A DNA stretch of 63,050 nucleotides, counting the filler, from Hyphochytrium catenoides (taxonomy: Eukaryota > Protista > Hyphochytriomycota), in assembly GCA_900088475.1 (NCBI GenBank). It is 7 parts of 7 records of this genome, joined end to end, with 100 filler letters (N's around TTAATTAATTAA, not from the genome) between each part and the next. Parts side by side here need not be neighbours in the genome. Positions count along the whole stretch, not along the records: positions 1 to 27,238 come from FLMG01003672.1; 6 more parts are not named here. One strand, written 5' to 3'. Positions 1 through 12,973 of this stretch are shown here, piece by piece. The position numbers were made by a program, and so were the translations under genes. Every line of letters begins with the position of its first letter. The first letter of the stretch is position 1. The notes under the pieces were generated by a model. That model worked only from the letters and a program-made list of their open reading frames with translations. It was not told where the DNA came from and made no database searches.

Positions 1-2619
1 CTCCTTGGTAGGACAGCACTATGTGATCTCCTTCTTATCTGGCTTGGTCTCTTCTTTCCTTTCTCCGACGTAGCACTGAACGAAGAAGAGTGAGAGTCAA
101 CGGTCAATGACACTAGGAGACAGGCGGCTTCCTCAGCGAGGAGAGCGTTTTCTCAAGACAAAAGCTTCAGATCTTGGAATCTGGAATCTGAGCACGATGC
201 CCTTCAATACTAAAAAGTCACTCGCTGAGTTATCATTGTCAGACTGGAGATGTGGTTACCGTAATGGTATCACTTATTAGTTATTTCTCATCTGACAGCC
301 ACTTACTCCCCCAGAAAGACTCAGCAGCAGCGCCACTTCGCTCCTCTTGTCGCACAATAGCAGAAGGGGCAGTCAGCTTGATCCATGAACCACGAGACAA
401 TTAGAACAAGGTTCATGAGGGAGGAGTTGATGGCCGATTTTCTTCCTCTTCTGCCGAGAGAAGGCGTCGTCGTAATGAAAATTATTCCAATTGTCACCAA
501 CAAGAAGAGGATCGGGAAAAAAATTAGTAGTAACCCCTGTTACCCTTATCAAGGAAGAAACGGTATCGTAAACGTCTGTTTATCATCATCATGCTGTTTC
601 CTCCATCTAGCTCGGCCAAGACGGAGAAGTACTAGTAGGGATAATAGTGGATTACTGCCAAGTACCACTGCCAGTTTGCTACTGCTTTTTAGGATGACAA
701 ACGTGGGCGGTCGCTTGCCTTCTCCTGCTGGTACATCCGGGCGGTAACTCATTCGCTCCTTTCTTATCTAGCGACGAGGGCTTGACCCTCTCCTTGGGTC
801 TCCGAGGTTAGTCCTTTACTACCTTGCATTTATTTATTGCATTTCATCGCTATCTTCCGCCAGCGCTATAGGCCATCCGGTAAGTGAGGAGTGTGATGCT
901 CATCTTGCTTGATGATCGTTCATCTTGGAGGATTGAGCAAGAGGAGACGATCGACACGCTGCACCTCAACAACAAAAGGGAACAAGTACTACTACCATGT
1001 ATGAGAATACTAGGTGGCCATTAGAAGAGGGGACAATGGAAGATTTATATTATATCTCTTACTACGATTGTTGGGCCATGAGGACACTACTCAATGAGCT
1101 GGATGCCCTTTGCCAGATGAACTTCATCGTGATTCTATCAGTCAAAGCAACATCATCAGCAAATCAAGGGCCTGTGTGGCTGCTGTTGTTGTAACTATCA
1201 AAAAGACTGGACAGGCCCAACCAGAGTGACATTCATTCGTGCATCATCATTCCCATCTGTGTGTTGAGGAGTGAAGGTCGGCTGATTGTCCCCTCCTTCC
1301 ACTCTGTTCTTCCTCTTCTGCTTGTATGGCGAGGTCTGTTCTACATTCCTTTGCTCCTATTGGTGGAGAGTTCTACACCACAACGCTTTGATTGGCTGTG
1401 CAGTTTAGTCAAGGTTGGACGATTTAGGATCAAGCCCACCTAAACTATAGTAATAAAATAAAGGCATAGGATGACTGCATCGCCTAGGTAAAGTTGCCCA
1501 CATTCGGGAAATCATGTCTTCCGTCGGACCTAAACCTAAAAGATTAATAATAAAAGTACTACGAGTACGCCAATCAAAGTAGGGTTCCGTAATAAGTAGT
1601 AGTTCCGAGATCTAGAACTACTGTACAGACTTGCGGTGAGTTCTGTTCCATTCTACTGCAAGGGTGTGGACGGAAGTTCTATCGTATGTCACACCTAGAA
1701 GACATAACTTGCACTCCTTTTGTCCTTTTGGGTGTGTCAAACTCGCCGACTGTGTGCACAGAGACTCAGCAGCTCAGTGTAACAGCCATTAGAGACTGCA
1801 CATCTGGCTCATGCGCTTATTATAAGAACTATAGGCCGAAATTTCTTCAAGCAGGCCATTCTTGCTTTTGCAGCTTCCCGAGCAAATTGTCGAAGGTCCC
1901 TCATAAGCACTTCAGCCAAGACCTTTCCCATCAAGTATAAAAGCGCTGTACATCAGGTCTACGAACATCATACAGGCAGTCTTTTTCTGCGGACTCCCAG
2001 TACGACATTGCAATATACTGGTAGCCATGCTAGGCCAGCCCATTAAGCGCGACACGGCGTTGCTGGAAGATTCTGGTGTGTCCAATTCAGATGGACAACA
2101 AGGCGATTTCCAGGGATGGTGGTCAAAGCTCTGGTCTCCAGTCAGCTCAAAATCAGTCAGCTCAAAACCTGAAGGGATAAGGAGAGTCGCCCAAGACTCA
2201 GGCGAGGAGCCAAGCCTCTCTGACTCAAGCTTATGCGGGTCCACGAGCACGACTATCAGAACACCCAAGCGCGTTCGGGGTCTGACATCCCGACAGCTCG
2301 CCACTGTATGGCTTCCTTACAATTAGACACCCTTCCTAGCTCAGCAACATGATGTTGCTGCAGTGCGAAGAATTATGAACGAGGCTGGACTACTGCTGGT
2401 ATTGCTAGCTGAGGAATGCTGCTCGTACATGTCATAAGACAAGCTATCCACAAGCTATCCTCCTCCTTGGGGGTTGGAGAGACAATAATTTAGTGGACTC
2501 CGCATTCAACGCGATTTGATGTACATAGGTAGAACGTTTGGGCCCCAGACCGGGCCCACATGGCGATGGCACGTGGGGTAGAATGAAGAGTGGCATACTT
2601 CCGGACGCCAGTCGGAGTG

Positions 2620-2965
2620 TCAGCCTCCATATGTCTTATATTGACATCAGTGGTCCACGTCTCTGAGGGCCCTTATCTTTGTATGAATAGTTATATATAT
2701 ATAGTTACTAGAGTATCAGCTAAAACCAAGATAATTAACCTCAATGTCTCGTGGTGGTGCCACCACAGGTCGATCAAGTCACTCTCCATATCTTATTGCA
2801 GGTCTTCACTATGGACTGCAGAGCACTTCTATAATGTTTGTTCCTCCTTTTACCATCACCAGTGTGCGATATGCAGACCAGCAGACGTCAGCCATAAATC
2901 CACCATGGCCTTCAAGAAGAAAATTGAAAGAACACATCGACACGTAATAAGCCTGGTACAACTGT
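2620..2965 (+). mobile_element. Highly degraded Ty1/Copia-like integrase remnant
   Basis: Motif-like fragments occur in the expected order across frames and stops: HMSYIDISGP (cf. LVHxDxxGP), YIYIVTRVSAKTK, RSIKSL..., HHGL...IERTHRHVISLV (cf. NGxAERKHRHIVE). There is no intact ORF. Confidence 0.35.
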
Positions 2966-3392
2966 ACAAGGCTCTACCTTATCGTGCCCGTAGTATGACT
3001 AATAATACTCCGTAATAAAATATTTTGAAAAAGCATTGCTTCCTTGGTGATGATAGGTTACAACTTCTCGAGGCAGGTCCAAGGCCTCCAAGACTTCAGA
3101 GAATAGTGTGTGCATTTAGTTATCACACGACAGTTATCATCCTCCTCGCATAACGGAGAATCTGCATCAGCTCTAAGAAGATCTGAAGAAGCAACGAGGA
3201 GCACGACGGAAGTGCGTTACATCCTGATCTTCAATCTTCAGAGACTCGTCTGAAGATCAACTCAGAGACTCGCCAAGATAAGGTGCTTGCAAGTTGACTC
3301 TAAGGGTAGGAGTGTACGTAATGGAGGGAGTTTGATTCTGATTATAGGCACAAGTTGGGAGTCGCAGGGGGCAAAGCCAAGCAATAAGGACC

Positions 3393-5300
3393 ATGGCATG
3401 TGGATTCACTCCAGAGACATGGCGGATGATAGAAAAGCTCAGAGCCGAACAGGAAGCACAGGAGAAAGACATGGCCCTAAAAGAGGTCGAACAGGCTCAG
3501 AGCCTGAAGAAGAAGAAGGAAGATGCTGCAAAGGCTTTAGAAGAGATGGAGGTCATGAGGTCTGAAGACCAAAAGACGGAGTTTGACTGGGCCAGGTCAT
3601 ATCAAAAATGGGACCAGTGGGTGGTAAGATATACCGGGCCAAGAACTACCATCTTGTTCCCCGTTCTCCTTTCTCTTCCCTTTTGCTGCCCTCATTCTAT
3701 CAGCCCTCTGCCTGAGAATCCATGCGCTCTTGCTCTTTCCTACTTGGTCTGCTGTGCTTCATCTTTGTATGACACTCTAGCTAAAATCGTTGTAAACTGT
3801 TTGGTGGTGCTCGATAGGACACTGAGGAACTCGAGGAGCGGCTGAAGAAGACGAAGGAGAAAGCAAGGGCGAAGGAGGCCTACCAGCAGCAGAAGATGTC
3901 ATGCGACCATGACCATTCTGCTGTAAGCTAGCTAAATTAGGGCCTTGCTCTCTCTTATGTACCTGTAGCAGGGGCGCATAGTAGCATCCACCGCCTGCTC
4001 TATTCGTGTTAACTGTTTCTCCCCAAACTCTGTCTACCTTTTTCTTAACTTTTTCTTTGTCGTAGCGATCTATGACTTGTGTGTGTACGATCTTTAGCTT
4101 TCGCAATCATTGCCTGGGCTACGTCCTGTTCAGTCTTCCTTCTCTCGCCCACTAAGTTTTTCTGGACCTATTGCTCTCTATTTACCTCGCTCTCTTCTCC
4201 AAAGGGCCTTCTTCTCTTGTAGGGTCTCTATATAACCCCATATCTGTGCGTTACGGTCTCTCCTCACCATTTCTTGTTGCCTGCTACTCCTCTTAAACCG
4301 TAGGAGAGAAAGATCTTTGAAATGCCATTGAAGGAGAAGCTTCAAGCATGCGACAACTTCAGAATTCACGGAAACGCCTTCTTCAAAGAAGGGCAATATG
4401 CCAGGGCATGGCAGATGTATCATAAGGTAATGTTGAGGGATGCTTGCTTCAGGGGTAATGACGGCAATTGAACAGATGTCCAAGAGAAGATGCCCAACCC
4501 CTGCTAGAACGTCAAGAAAATCTCCCTAAATTTTTATAAGCTACCTACTCTTGACCTTCTCTTCCAATTTGCAACTCTTTTCTCACTGTGTCAGCTCTAA
4601 TTATTCTCTTCCATTAACGCCGCTAGTTTCTCTTCATGTTTCTTCTTTCGCTAATCAAAGCCCTTCTTCACTCCTATTCTTCATGCAGGCGCTAGTATAT
4701 TTTGAGTACGCCATCCCTGACACCAATGAAGAGGCGACTCAGATAGATGGTCTCAGGCTACCCTGCCTACTGAATATCGCAGCCAGTGAGATGAAACTTC
4801 AGCAGTTTGACGACGCCATCAGCCACTGCACCCAGGTATTAGGACACAAAGATGACAAAACTAGCAGTGGGAGATACGAGTAGAGAGTGAGGGAGGTTGA
4901 AGATGTTGAAGGGGCAGGTAGTGCAAAAAGGTAGTCTGTGTGCCCAGGTTATTTTCTTCCATCCCCTTCACGTGCTAGCTTTACCGGTGCTATAAATACT
5001 GCTTCATCAATACTTTCTGACGCTCGCCTGACAAGGCTCTAGAGATAGATAGCAAGAACGTAAAAGCGTTGCTCCGGAGAGGATGTGCTTGGAGGGAAAA
5101 GGACGAGTTTGATCTCGCACAGAAAGACTTTGACAGTGTTATGGAGCTCTGCCCCGGGCCCGAAGCGGCAATAGAGCGACAAAAGCTGGCGGCCAGAAGG
5201 AGAGGCTATGAGCGCAACTCAAAGCTGATGTATGGCAACATTTTCAAGAAGGACAGAACCGAAGTTGCTAAAAAAGAGGCAACCAATCCCAGTCATAAAG
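3393..5300 (+). CDS. TPR-domain protein (FKBP/Cyp40-type TPR co-chaperone-like) with N-terminal coiled coil and CDHDHS motif; 3' end uncertain (possible further exon ~5570-5643)
   Basis: Exons 3393-3623, 3818-3922, 4304-4426, 4689-4835 and 5036-5300 join in frame over GT-AG introns. They give FRIHGNAFFKEGQYARAWQMYHKALVYF...CLLNIAASEMKLQQFDDAISHCTQALEIDSKNVKALLRRGCAW...AQKDF, i.e. three canonical TPRs. Confidence 0.85.
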
Positions 5301-6533
5301 GTAAGGCGTTCTCTCACTATCTGGCACTCTGGCGGCTCTCCGGACACGCTGGCTCTTCTCGTTCTCTCTTGTAATCTCTCCCACAAACATACTTCACGTC
5401 TTCTTTTTCTCGCCCATGGAATTCCTTGTCTAAAGTTGACTTCAGCCTCCGCTGCTTTTGGACAGAGAGCTAATTGCTGAGAAAAGCCTTGCACTGTTTT
5501 TCCTAGATGGTACATCTTCCCTATCATTTGCTCAATTTGGTCATGCCTCTCTAAGTTGATTTCTTGTAGCGCCATTGCAGTTCAAGATGCAACCAGAGCC
5601 TGTGGCAGAGGCCAAAAGCGCCCTTATCCTGGAAGGCTACGAAGTAAGGCCCTTACAACGTTGCTCTCTGTGATATGAACTCTCCTGCATTCCTGAGCTA
5701 CGTATCGACTGTATGATATGCTGTTGCCTGACTCAGAGGCATCGGCACCTTGATCTCGTTCCTCCTTGCTATCAAAATTCCTTGCTCGCCCCGCCTGTTG
5801 TTTCACATGTAGAGTCGATGCAGGCCCTCCGGTCTCTTTGTCTCGAAAAGATGCTACCTCTTTTTTTCGTTACGTCTCTGTATCCCTTTCTATACCCGCA
5901 TAACCGCTCCACAGTCCTGGTGAACTCTGGACGATGTTGGCAAACATACGATAAATACTAACTTGAGCATCTTCCGGGTCAGCCAAGTGCTGCAGGTGTC
6001 GCGGAACTTGACGCGCTAATCGCAGACCTGAAGGCTCAGGGTGGCGCTGCAGAGGATTGGAGCTTACCTCTACTAGCATAGTGGAAAGGATAAGACAAAG
6101 AGAGTGTCATTGCGCTCTGCCACCTATTTATCGCGCTTGGTGGGTGCCCCAGTTGCTATGTAACATAGGCACGAACACTGGAGCGCCGGGAGCGGTAGAA
6201 GACGACGGGGAGGAGATAGTTAAAGGAGCGAAGACAGCCGGGCCGAAGCGGTCCAAAGGAAAACTGCGCACAATATTCCTTCATCTTAATCTATTACTTC
6301 CTTCGTAACTAGGTGCGCTGGGCCAGCAATCCTTGCCTGTGTCATTGCGGCTAATGGGACAATGCTAACCCATGGAAGAGGGTGGAATGGAGAGAGAGAA
6401 AAAGAGGGGACAAGAATACGCTACCACCAAGAGACAAACAGCCACCAAAGAGCTTGAGAGCAGCTAGAGGGAGAGAACAAGCATCTGTTTGCATAGGTTC
6501 CCCCCATACATAAATAGGTCCACAGTCTTGGCA

Positions 6534-8154
6534 TTACTTGCCTTCACGCGATGCACTGCCTGCGCTTTCCCTTGGTTGGGTCACTCGTTCTTCAGAGCTT
6601 TTCCTGGGAGACACGATGCTAGACATGGTCTCCCTTCCTCCGGAAAGAGAATCTTGTCCCATAGTGTCTCTCTCCGAGGCGTGGCTAGCAGTAGTCTCTC
6701 TCATGGACTCTTTGCCAGATTGTCTGTCCGTCTCTTCAAGGCTGGAGCTCGGTTCCAGCGTCCCTCTTTCTGAGCCCGGGCTTTGATTGCTCTCTCCCTC
6801 ATTACTGCGTTGAGAGCTTCTTACCTCGCTTTCTCTCTCTTCAATACTTTGCAAGCTTGCTCGCTCTTCACTCTTTCTCGCGCTGTCTCTGCCGGACTCT
6901 CTTGAGCGCCTGTACTCTTCTTTGTCTCTTTTATCCAGGGTATCTCTGTTGGTTGCAGAGCCATAGCCGGTAAATCGCCCATCAATAGGATCCAGAGAGT
7001 TATTGTCATAGTAAGAACTTCCGGTATAATGGCTTTCAATATAGCTTGTCTCCGCCAGACTCTGGTCGGGAAAGACAGAGCTCACATAAGAATCTTCATA
7101 CAGAGGGGAAGCGAGGGACGCAGGCTCTGGAGCCTTGGGAGAGGTCCGCTGTTGCTCTGCATAGTAGATAGATGACACCGGCGTCTCGCAGACATGGCAA
7201 TAACGCTGATCTTCCTTGGTGGAGGCGCCGCACTTATTGCAGAAAATCGTGTTGCCAGAGATCATGATGGAAGTTTTGGCCGCATTTTCAGGCGAGACAA
7301 TGTCGTCCATCATCGGTCTGAGGGGTGTCTGGCACTTGAAGCAGTGGTCCTCCTCCGCCATCGTGGAGATGTAACCGCATTGAGCGCAGTGGCCTCGGGC
7401 ACTGTGTACGGACTTACTGTTTAAACGGGAGAGATATTGGTGGGACAGCGTGCTCTGCGGCAAAGAGAGAGAGAGAGACAAGCAGCAGGAAAGAAGAGGT
7501 GAGAGATAGATAGTGTGAGTGTCACACGTCAATTGCAGACGAATGAAGAGGTAAGGCATTAGCAGGGACTGGCAGATGATACATTGTACAAGTCAACAAG
7601 AATGCCAGGCGGTAGCAAGATATGCAGTGTACGTTGAGTCACGCATGGTCAGGCAGCAGACAGAATGCCAAGGAGATAGAAGGAATGGCTGGCACACAAA
7701 TAATGCAAAACTAGACGTTGAAAGATAGAGAAGACCTTCAGACTGCAGAAGCCCTTACCGCTGCCATGGACTCTGGAGTCCCATGCTGGACGTAGGAGTC
7801 AACACAGAGGTAGTTAGGCGTCTGGGAGGATTCGATCGGCTCTGGCTCACGCACATCAAGCTTGACCACACTTCCTGCCCTTCTCGCCCGCACTTCAGCA
7901 GTGGTCTCCTTCTTGCCGCGGAACAGACCGCCGCCTCGGCCCGATCTTCGTCGACATAGGAAAAACCAAACGCAAACTACGAGCCCTACACCAGCGAGTA
8001 CGCCAAAGACAATACCTACAATGGCACCTGTAGATAACTTCTTACTTGAAGCTTTAGGGGGCTCGGGCCCAACCGTCGAGGGCGGCCCAGTGACGACTTC
8101 TGCTGAAGAGCCTGGGACCGGCAAGACAGAGTTAAGCAGTCGTAGACCCGACAT
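6534..8154 (-). CDS. Putative single-pass membrane protein with cytoplasmic double zinc ribbon and Ser/Glu/Arg-rich tail (termini uncertain)
   Basis: ORF 7738-8154 has the TM segment LSTGAIVGIVFGVLAGVGLVVCVWFFLC-RRR and a strong donor GCG|gtaagg (intron starts 7758). A phase-0 acceptor ccgcag| (exon starts 7454) joins it in frame to ORF 6534-7559, which carries CAQC-x11-CFKC and CNKC-x10-CHVC. Confidence 0.6.
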
Positions 8155-9705
8155 TGCGGCGCAGAGCCAATCTCATGCACTAGCGAGTGTTTCTCTATGG
8201 CGGAGGGAATAGAGCAGCTGGTTGCTGGCGCATTAAAGACAAGTTTGGATTGTTGTTTGTCTTAGCGAATGACACCCGGGGCTGTGAGAGAAGAAGACCC
8301 GGCCCGTCTCAGACTGCGATGAAGGAGAGACGAGGCCTCGGAGTGCGACCAAGAATGATCGGAGGTTTCTTTGAAAATTGAGTCCTCAAAGGCTTCTATT
8401 CCACAAAGGATAAAAAGAGCTTGGTTTGAGGCCGCTGTAGCACGGATACAAGGAGTAGCCCCCGCGCTTGCGCCTTACCCTTCTCTGCTCTGCTGGTCTC
8501 TCGGTCTCCTCCTCTCTCTCTCACAGTCTCTCTCTCTCTCTGTCTCTGTCTCTCTCTCTCTCTCTTTGCCTCTCTTCCACACTTCTTTCCTCTCTCTGTT
8601 TTCCAGTGGCCTTGCTCATCCATGTCGCAGCGCCTCCACGCCTGACAGTGATGAAGAGACCCTGATGTGCGCGTTGGCTGCCCCTGATCAGTGTCTGGGG
8701 CGTTCTCTATGTCGCGTCAGCGCATCAGAAGGCAGAGGAGAGAACAGGGCAGAACCAGCAAAAGAAAGAGGTCGAGATGATGAGAAAGATAACGAGACAG
8801 AGTCAGCCTTGATCGAAGTAGAATGAGGAGATTAGCCGTGCGAGAGACAGACGGTTGGGGAAGAGACGGAGAGAGAAGGAGAGCCCCGGAGAAGGGAAAG
8901 GTGTCAGTAGAAAGACATTAACCTAATCCTTAACCGACCCACATCTGTCTAGGCTAACCTAGTTACATTTCAACCTGAATAATCTAAGCTATTCAATCCA
9001 TAAATCTTCACAAGCAACACGGGTATGCATGAGCCCTCCATCTCCCCAATATAGCAAGAGAACGGGTTATTTAGGGTAACCCAGGGCTATTCCCCTCAGC
9101 ATTTGATTTCCATAAAGCGATCCGCTTTCCTCCCTCCGCTCTCTTGCAACATCTCTGCCAAGCATCACCTCTTAAGCTACTACTACACAAAGACTAGGCA
9201 TCGCCGCTGTTATCAGGATTATTATTACGCCCCCCAGGCTTTTCTTTCTCTAATTTTTCTGGGTATGTTTCCCGCACAACCCAACTGCCTCAACTGGCTC
9301 TCTTATCCGACCTTCCCACAGCCCCCGGAAGGGTTGGTCAGTCACTTTCCTACGGCGATATTTTCATGAAATAATGAATCAGGTAAAGGTTCGTGGAAAA
9401 AAGAAAAGAATCACAGGGCAAACCATACTGGAAGGAAAAGTGATTTGATCTTTAAACTGATTAATCGGTTAGTGGTTATCATAGAGTCTTAGACCCTGTT
9501 GGCGCCGTTGTGAAGAATGAAGGTGCCGGTTAGAGACCAGAATGGAGTTACACAGACAGAGACTATCGGGTTTTCAGAGTATATAAGGAGGCTATCTAGG
9601 TCTTTGTCTCGCCGGAGCTGAGGCTGACCGCCAGTAGCTGTAGCTTAGCAGATAGCCCATATAACGTGGAAGGCCAGGGTGAAGTTTCTGGATAAAAGAG
9701 AAAAG

Positions 9706-12028
9706 ATGTCTTCAGTCGTGGCGACAGTCCTCATCGTGGTTATTGTGCTCATCTTCTTGATGGTGAGCCTGTTCCTGTCCACTTTTGTCGTGAGAGAGAA
9801 GGAGGTTGTCATCATTGAGCGCTTTGGAAGATTCCACTCTCAACTAACGGCTGGGGTCCATTTTGTCATTCCCTGGGTGGACTGGCCGCGGGTAAGTGAT
9901 CCCGCCAACCCTATTTGATAACTGGTCAAGGACCCCGGCTAACAAGTACTTTCTAATAGCGGTACACCTTCCGGTACACTGTCACCAATGACAGAGGTTT
10001 TACAGAGCTCATTGAGAAAAAGCACCAGTCAAGAATCTCAACGCAGAATGAAGTTCTTGACTTTCCACGCCAGTAAGGCTGCCTTGCCGCCGCAGCTATT
10101 TACAGCCTCACCCCGTATCATGTCGCTTACAAACTTGACTCTCTCACACAAATAGGAATGTCATCACAAGGGACAATGCAATGATATTTCTTGATGCGGT
10201 AGGGTGACCCACATTCTGTGCAACCCACCTCTCTTCATCTTGTGCTCTTGTTCTTGTCTCTATCAGCTGCATAGTCTCCTTGCTTATATTCTGCGTGGCG
10301 TCCACTTTTTGGATGTCGATGGCTCGGCCCTATTCCTTATGAGAGTTGAAGGTAACAATCTCTTAACTGATAAAGCCGTCGGCCTAGGTTCTTTCTTACC
10401 GCATTGTGAGTCCAAAGACAATGATCTACTCGGTGGCCAACCTGCCAAACATGCTGTCCAAACTGCTGCAGGCACAGGTATAATGAGGAGCTCAAGTAAC
10501 ATTTAGTTCTGATACCTCCCCTCTTACTTATCGCTTACTCTTCGTGGTTACCAATCTTTGCTCTCCACATCTCTTCTTCTCTTTCGTTGCTGCCAACGTC
10601 TCTTGTTCCTCTCTGTAATGGCTTTGTCTTGATATTCTTTTTGAGATGCACGAATAACGTCCCCTCACTCTTCAAGATCCGCAATGTTGCTGGGCTGCTA
10701 GACGTGGACCAAATTATTGAAGACACCGCAGCAATGGATCGCGTCTCAGGCCTTATGGATGCCGCTGCAGCCCAGGTAGGGTGGCGGTCAGTTAGGGGCG
10801 ACCATGAGAGGGGAACTGGTTTCGGCGAACGTGGGGAAATAGAGCAGAGGAGCGTGACAGTGGTGCGAAAAAACTTGAAAATAGGGGCGGACGAGCGTTG
10901 GACAGACCAATGCAGCTTACATGCTCTCCCCCTAACAGTTATGTCTACTTTCCCTGTTGTTGGTCTTCCCTTTCGCTTCCGCTCGTACTGTTAGTGGGGC
11001 GTAAAGGTTGAATTCGTGAAGATCCAGAAGGTGGAGGCCGGCGGACTGAGCCAGGTGCTGGCGCAGAAAAAGCAAGCAGATTTGAATAACAAGGAGGTGA
11101 TCATCAGCGCGAAGTCAAAGAAACAGACAGGAATTATAGATTCCGAGGGTAACAGAGATAGGATGATTAGAGAAGCAGAGGGAGAAGCACAGCAGGCGAT
11201 CTCGCGAGGTATGGGCCTCATAGGACTGTGCTTTCTCTCTTTCCTCAGTAGTATGTCTTCCTGTTTTTCGCGAGCATTATCTGCGATCCTCCTCTGGTGG
11301 GTACCGCGTTTCGTGCGTACCCTTACCTTTAGCTTTGTTTGCTTGAGCATGCTCTTCCATTGTGGCTGGATGAAGAAAGTGACTTTGTTCTGTTGTTATG
11401 CAGCGCGAGGACAAGCACAGGCCGTTGTGAACGCTGCCACCGCTGAAGCGAAGAGTGTGAAAGAGGTAGCTAGTTTATTCCGCTTTGACGTCTTCTTATC
11501 TTTTCTTCTCCCTGCGTCTGAGCCTATATCGCACTAAGTACTTATCAATGTCCTCGTCTGCCACAGATTGCACGAGTGGTAGCACGGTATGGAGAGAATC
11601 CTACCAATTACCTTCTTGCACTCAAGTACATGGACGCACTGAAGAAGATTACCCAGCAGCCGAACACCAAGGTGAGTAGATTACTCTTTCCTCCCTTTGG
11701 CGCTTGATTTTAGGCTTATGCACTGTTCCACCGACCTTTCTTGGCAAACGCCTATTCTCAGTTTTCTGTGTCCGGCCATCTGCCTTGCGGTTCCACTCGT
11801 TGCCTTATCCTCCGTCTTTCTTCTTGATCAGAAGTCGAATGATAGCTCCATTCCCCCTTCTGCTCCACCTTTGTCATATTTCATATCCCATTCTTCCCTC
11901 ACCCATTCTTTGTATTTTCCTCCTTTGTCTAGATCTACTTCCTGCCGTACCAGACAGCTCTGGTGCAGACCTTACAGAATCTGGGCATCAATACCGTACT
12001 TCCTCCTCCTCCTGCTCCTAAAGCGTGA
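9706..12028 (+). CDS. SPFH/Band 7 (stomatin-like, QmcA-type) membrane protein
   Basis: Nine exons in frame. N-terminal TM, then VVREKEVVIIERFGRF...GVHFVIPWVD, QNEVLDFPRQNVITRDNAMIFLDAVLSYRIVSP, WGVKVEFVKIQ, a coiled coil with IREAEGEAQ, and YLLALKYMDALKKI. Stop TGA ends at 12028. Confidence 0.93.
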
Positions 12029-12973
12029 TATAAGGCCTGGCAGGGGGAGACTACGGAAGAAGCGATGGTAGTGTACACTAGTGGTGGCGCAAAAGAAAGC
12101 AGACAGCCAAGGAGAAGAGCGCGAGGAGGCCCTTGAACTCCTATACAATGTGTCTATCACACAAAGAAAACCCTAAGGAGACTTTATTTTGTAGACCTGC
12201 TCGCCTAGCCACTGCACTCTCTTTGCCTTTTCTTCTCTTCAATTGCTAATCTCTCCCCTTCCTATGACAGTCCCTATCTCTGCTAGACGTCTCCCTTCTT
12301 GCGTGGAGAACTTGGCAGTGGAGAAGGTCAGGACAATAGTTAGGCTCTAACGTCATTCCCTCTTGGGACCCTTGAGGCAAATTTTAGACGCGGCACCTGG
12401 GCTCAATTTTTTGCCGCAATTGGCCGAAAGCGCACCAACTCCACTTCTTCAGGAAGTTTAGTCACTCAACTATTGGCGCTCATAAGCTTCTATGTGTCAT
12501 TGTACCTGTCTACCGGTTTATCATAGACATAGATAACTACTTCTTCCAATGAACGCATGAACGGATACACACTCTCCGCAGTTGTTGAGTATAATGATAC
12601 TAAAGTCTGCTAATTGCATAAAGATAGGGGTAAGAGGTTGGGAGACTGAAGACCAGCGCAGAGATTTCCTTGACCTCAATTTCTGAGATATAACAAGGCT
12701 CACGCAGATTAATAATAATGAGGGAGACGTGGGAGAGAGATATGCAGACATGAAGGGACGGCCGGATAGGGAGACGGGTACATCAGGAAGCGTAAAGCGC
12801 AGCAAGATAGGGACGAGATAGACCACGAATGAGGGAACCTAGAGAAAGGCAGCATATCCTGAAAAGAGAAATCGCTGCCGTGTGAAGAAATAATAGGGAG
12901 ACGGGGTAACAGAAGAACAAAGAAAGCTCTAAAGAAAGAAACAAGAGTGGCAGCAGTGTCCGGTGCACCCTAT

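Noticed and set aside
9578-9587. TATA-like tatataag upstream of the SPFH gene
   Set aside because: Plausible, but a short motif without TSS data is not supportable.
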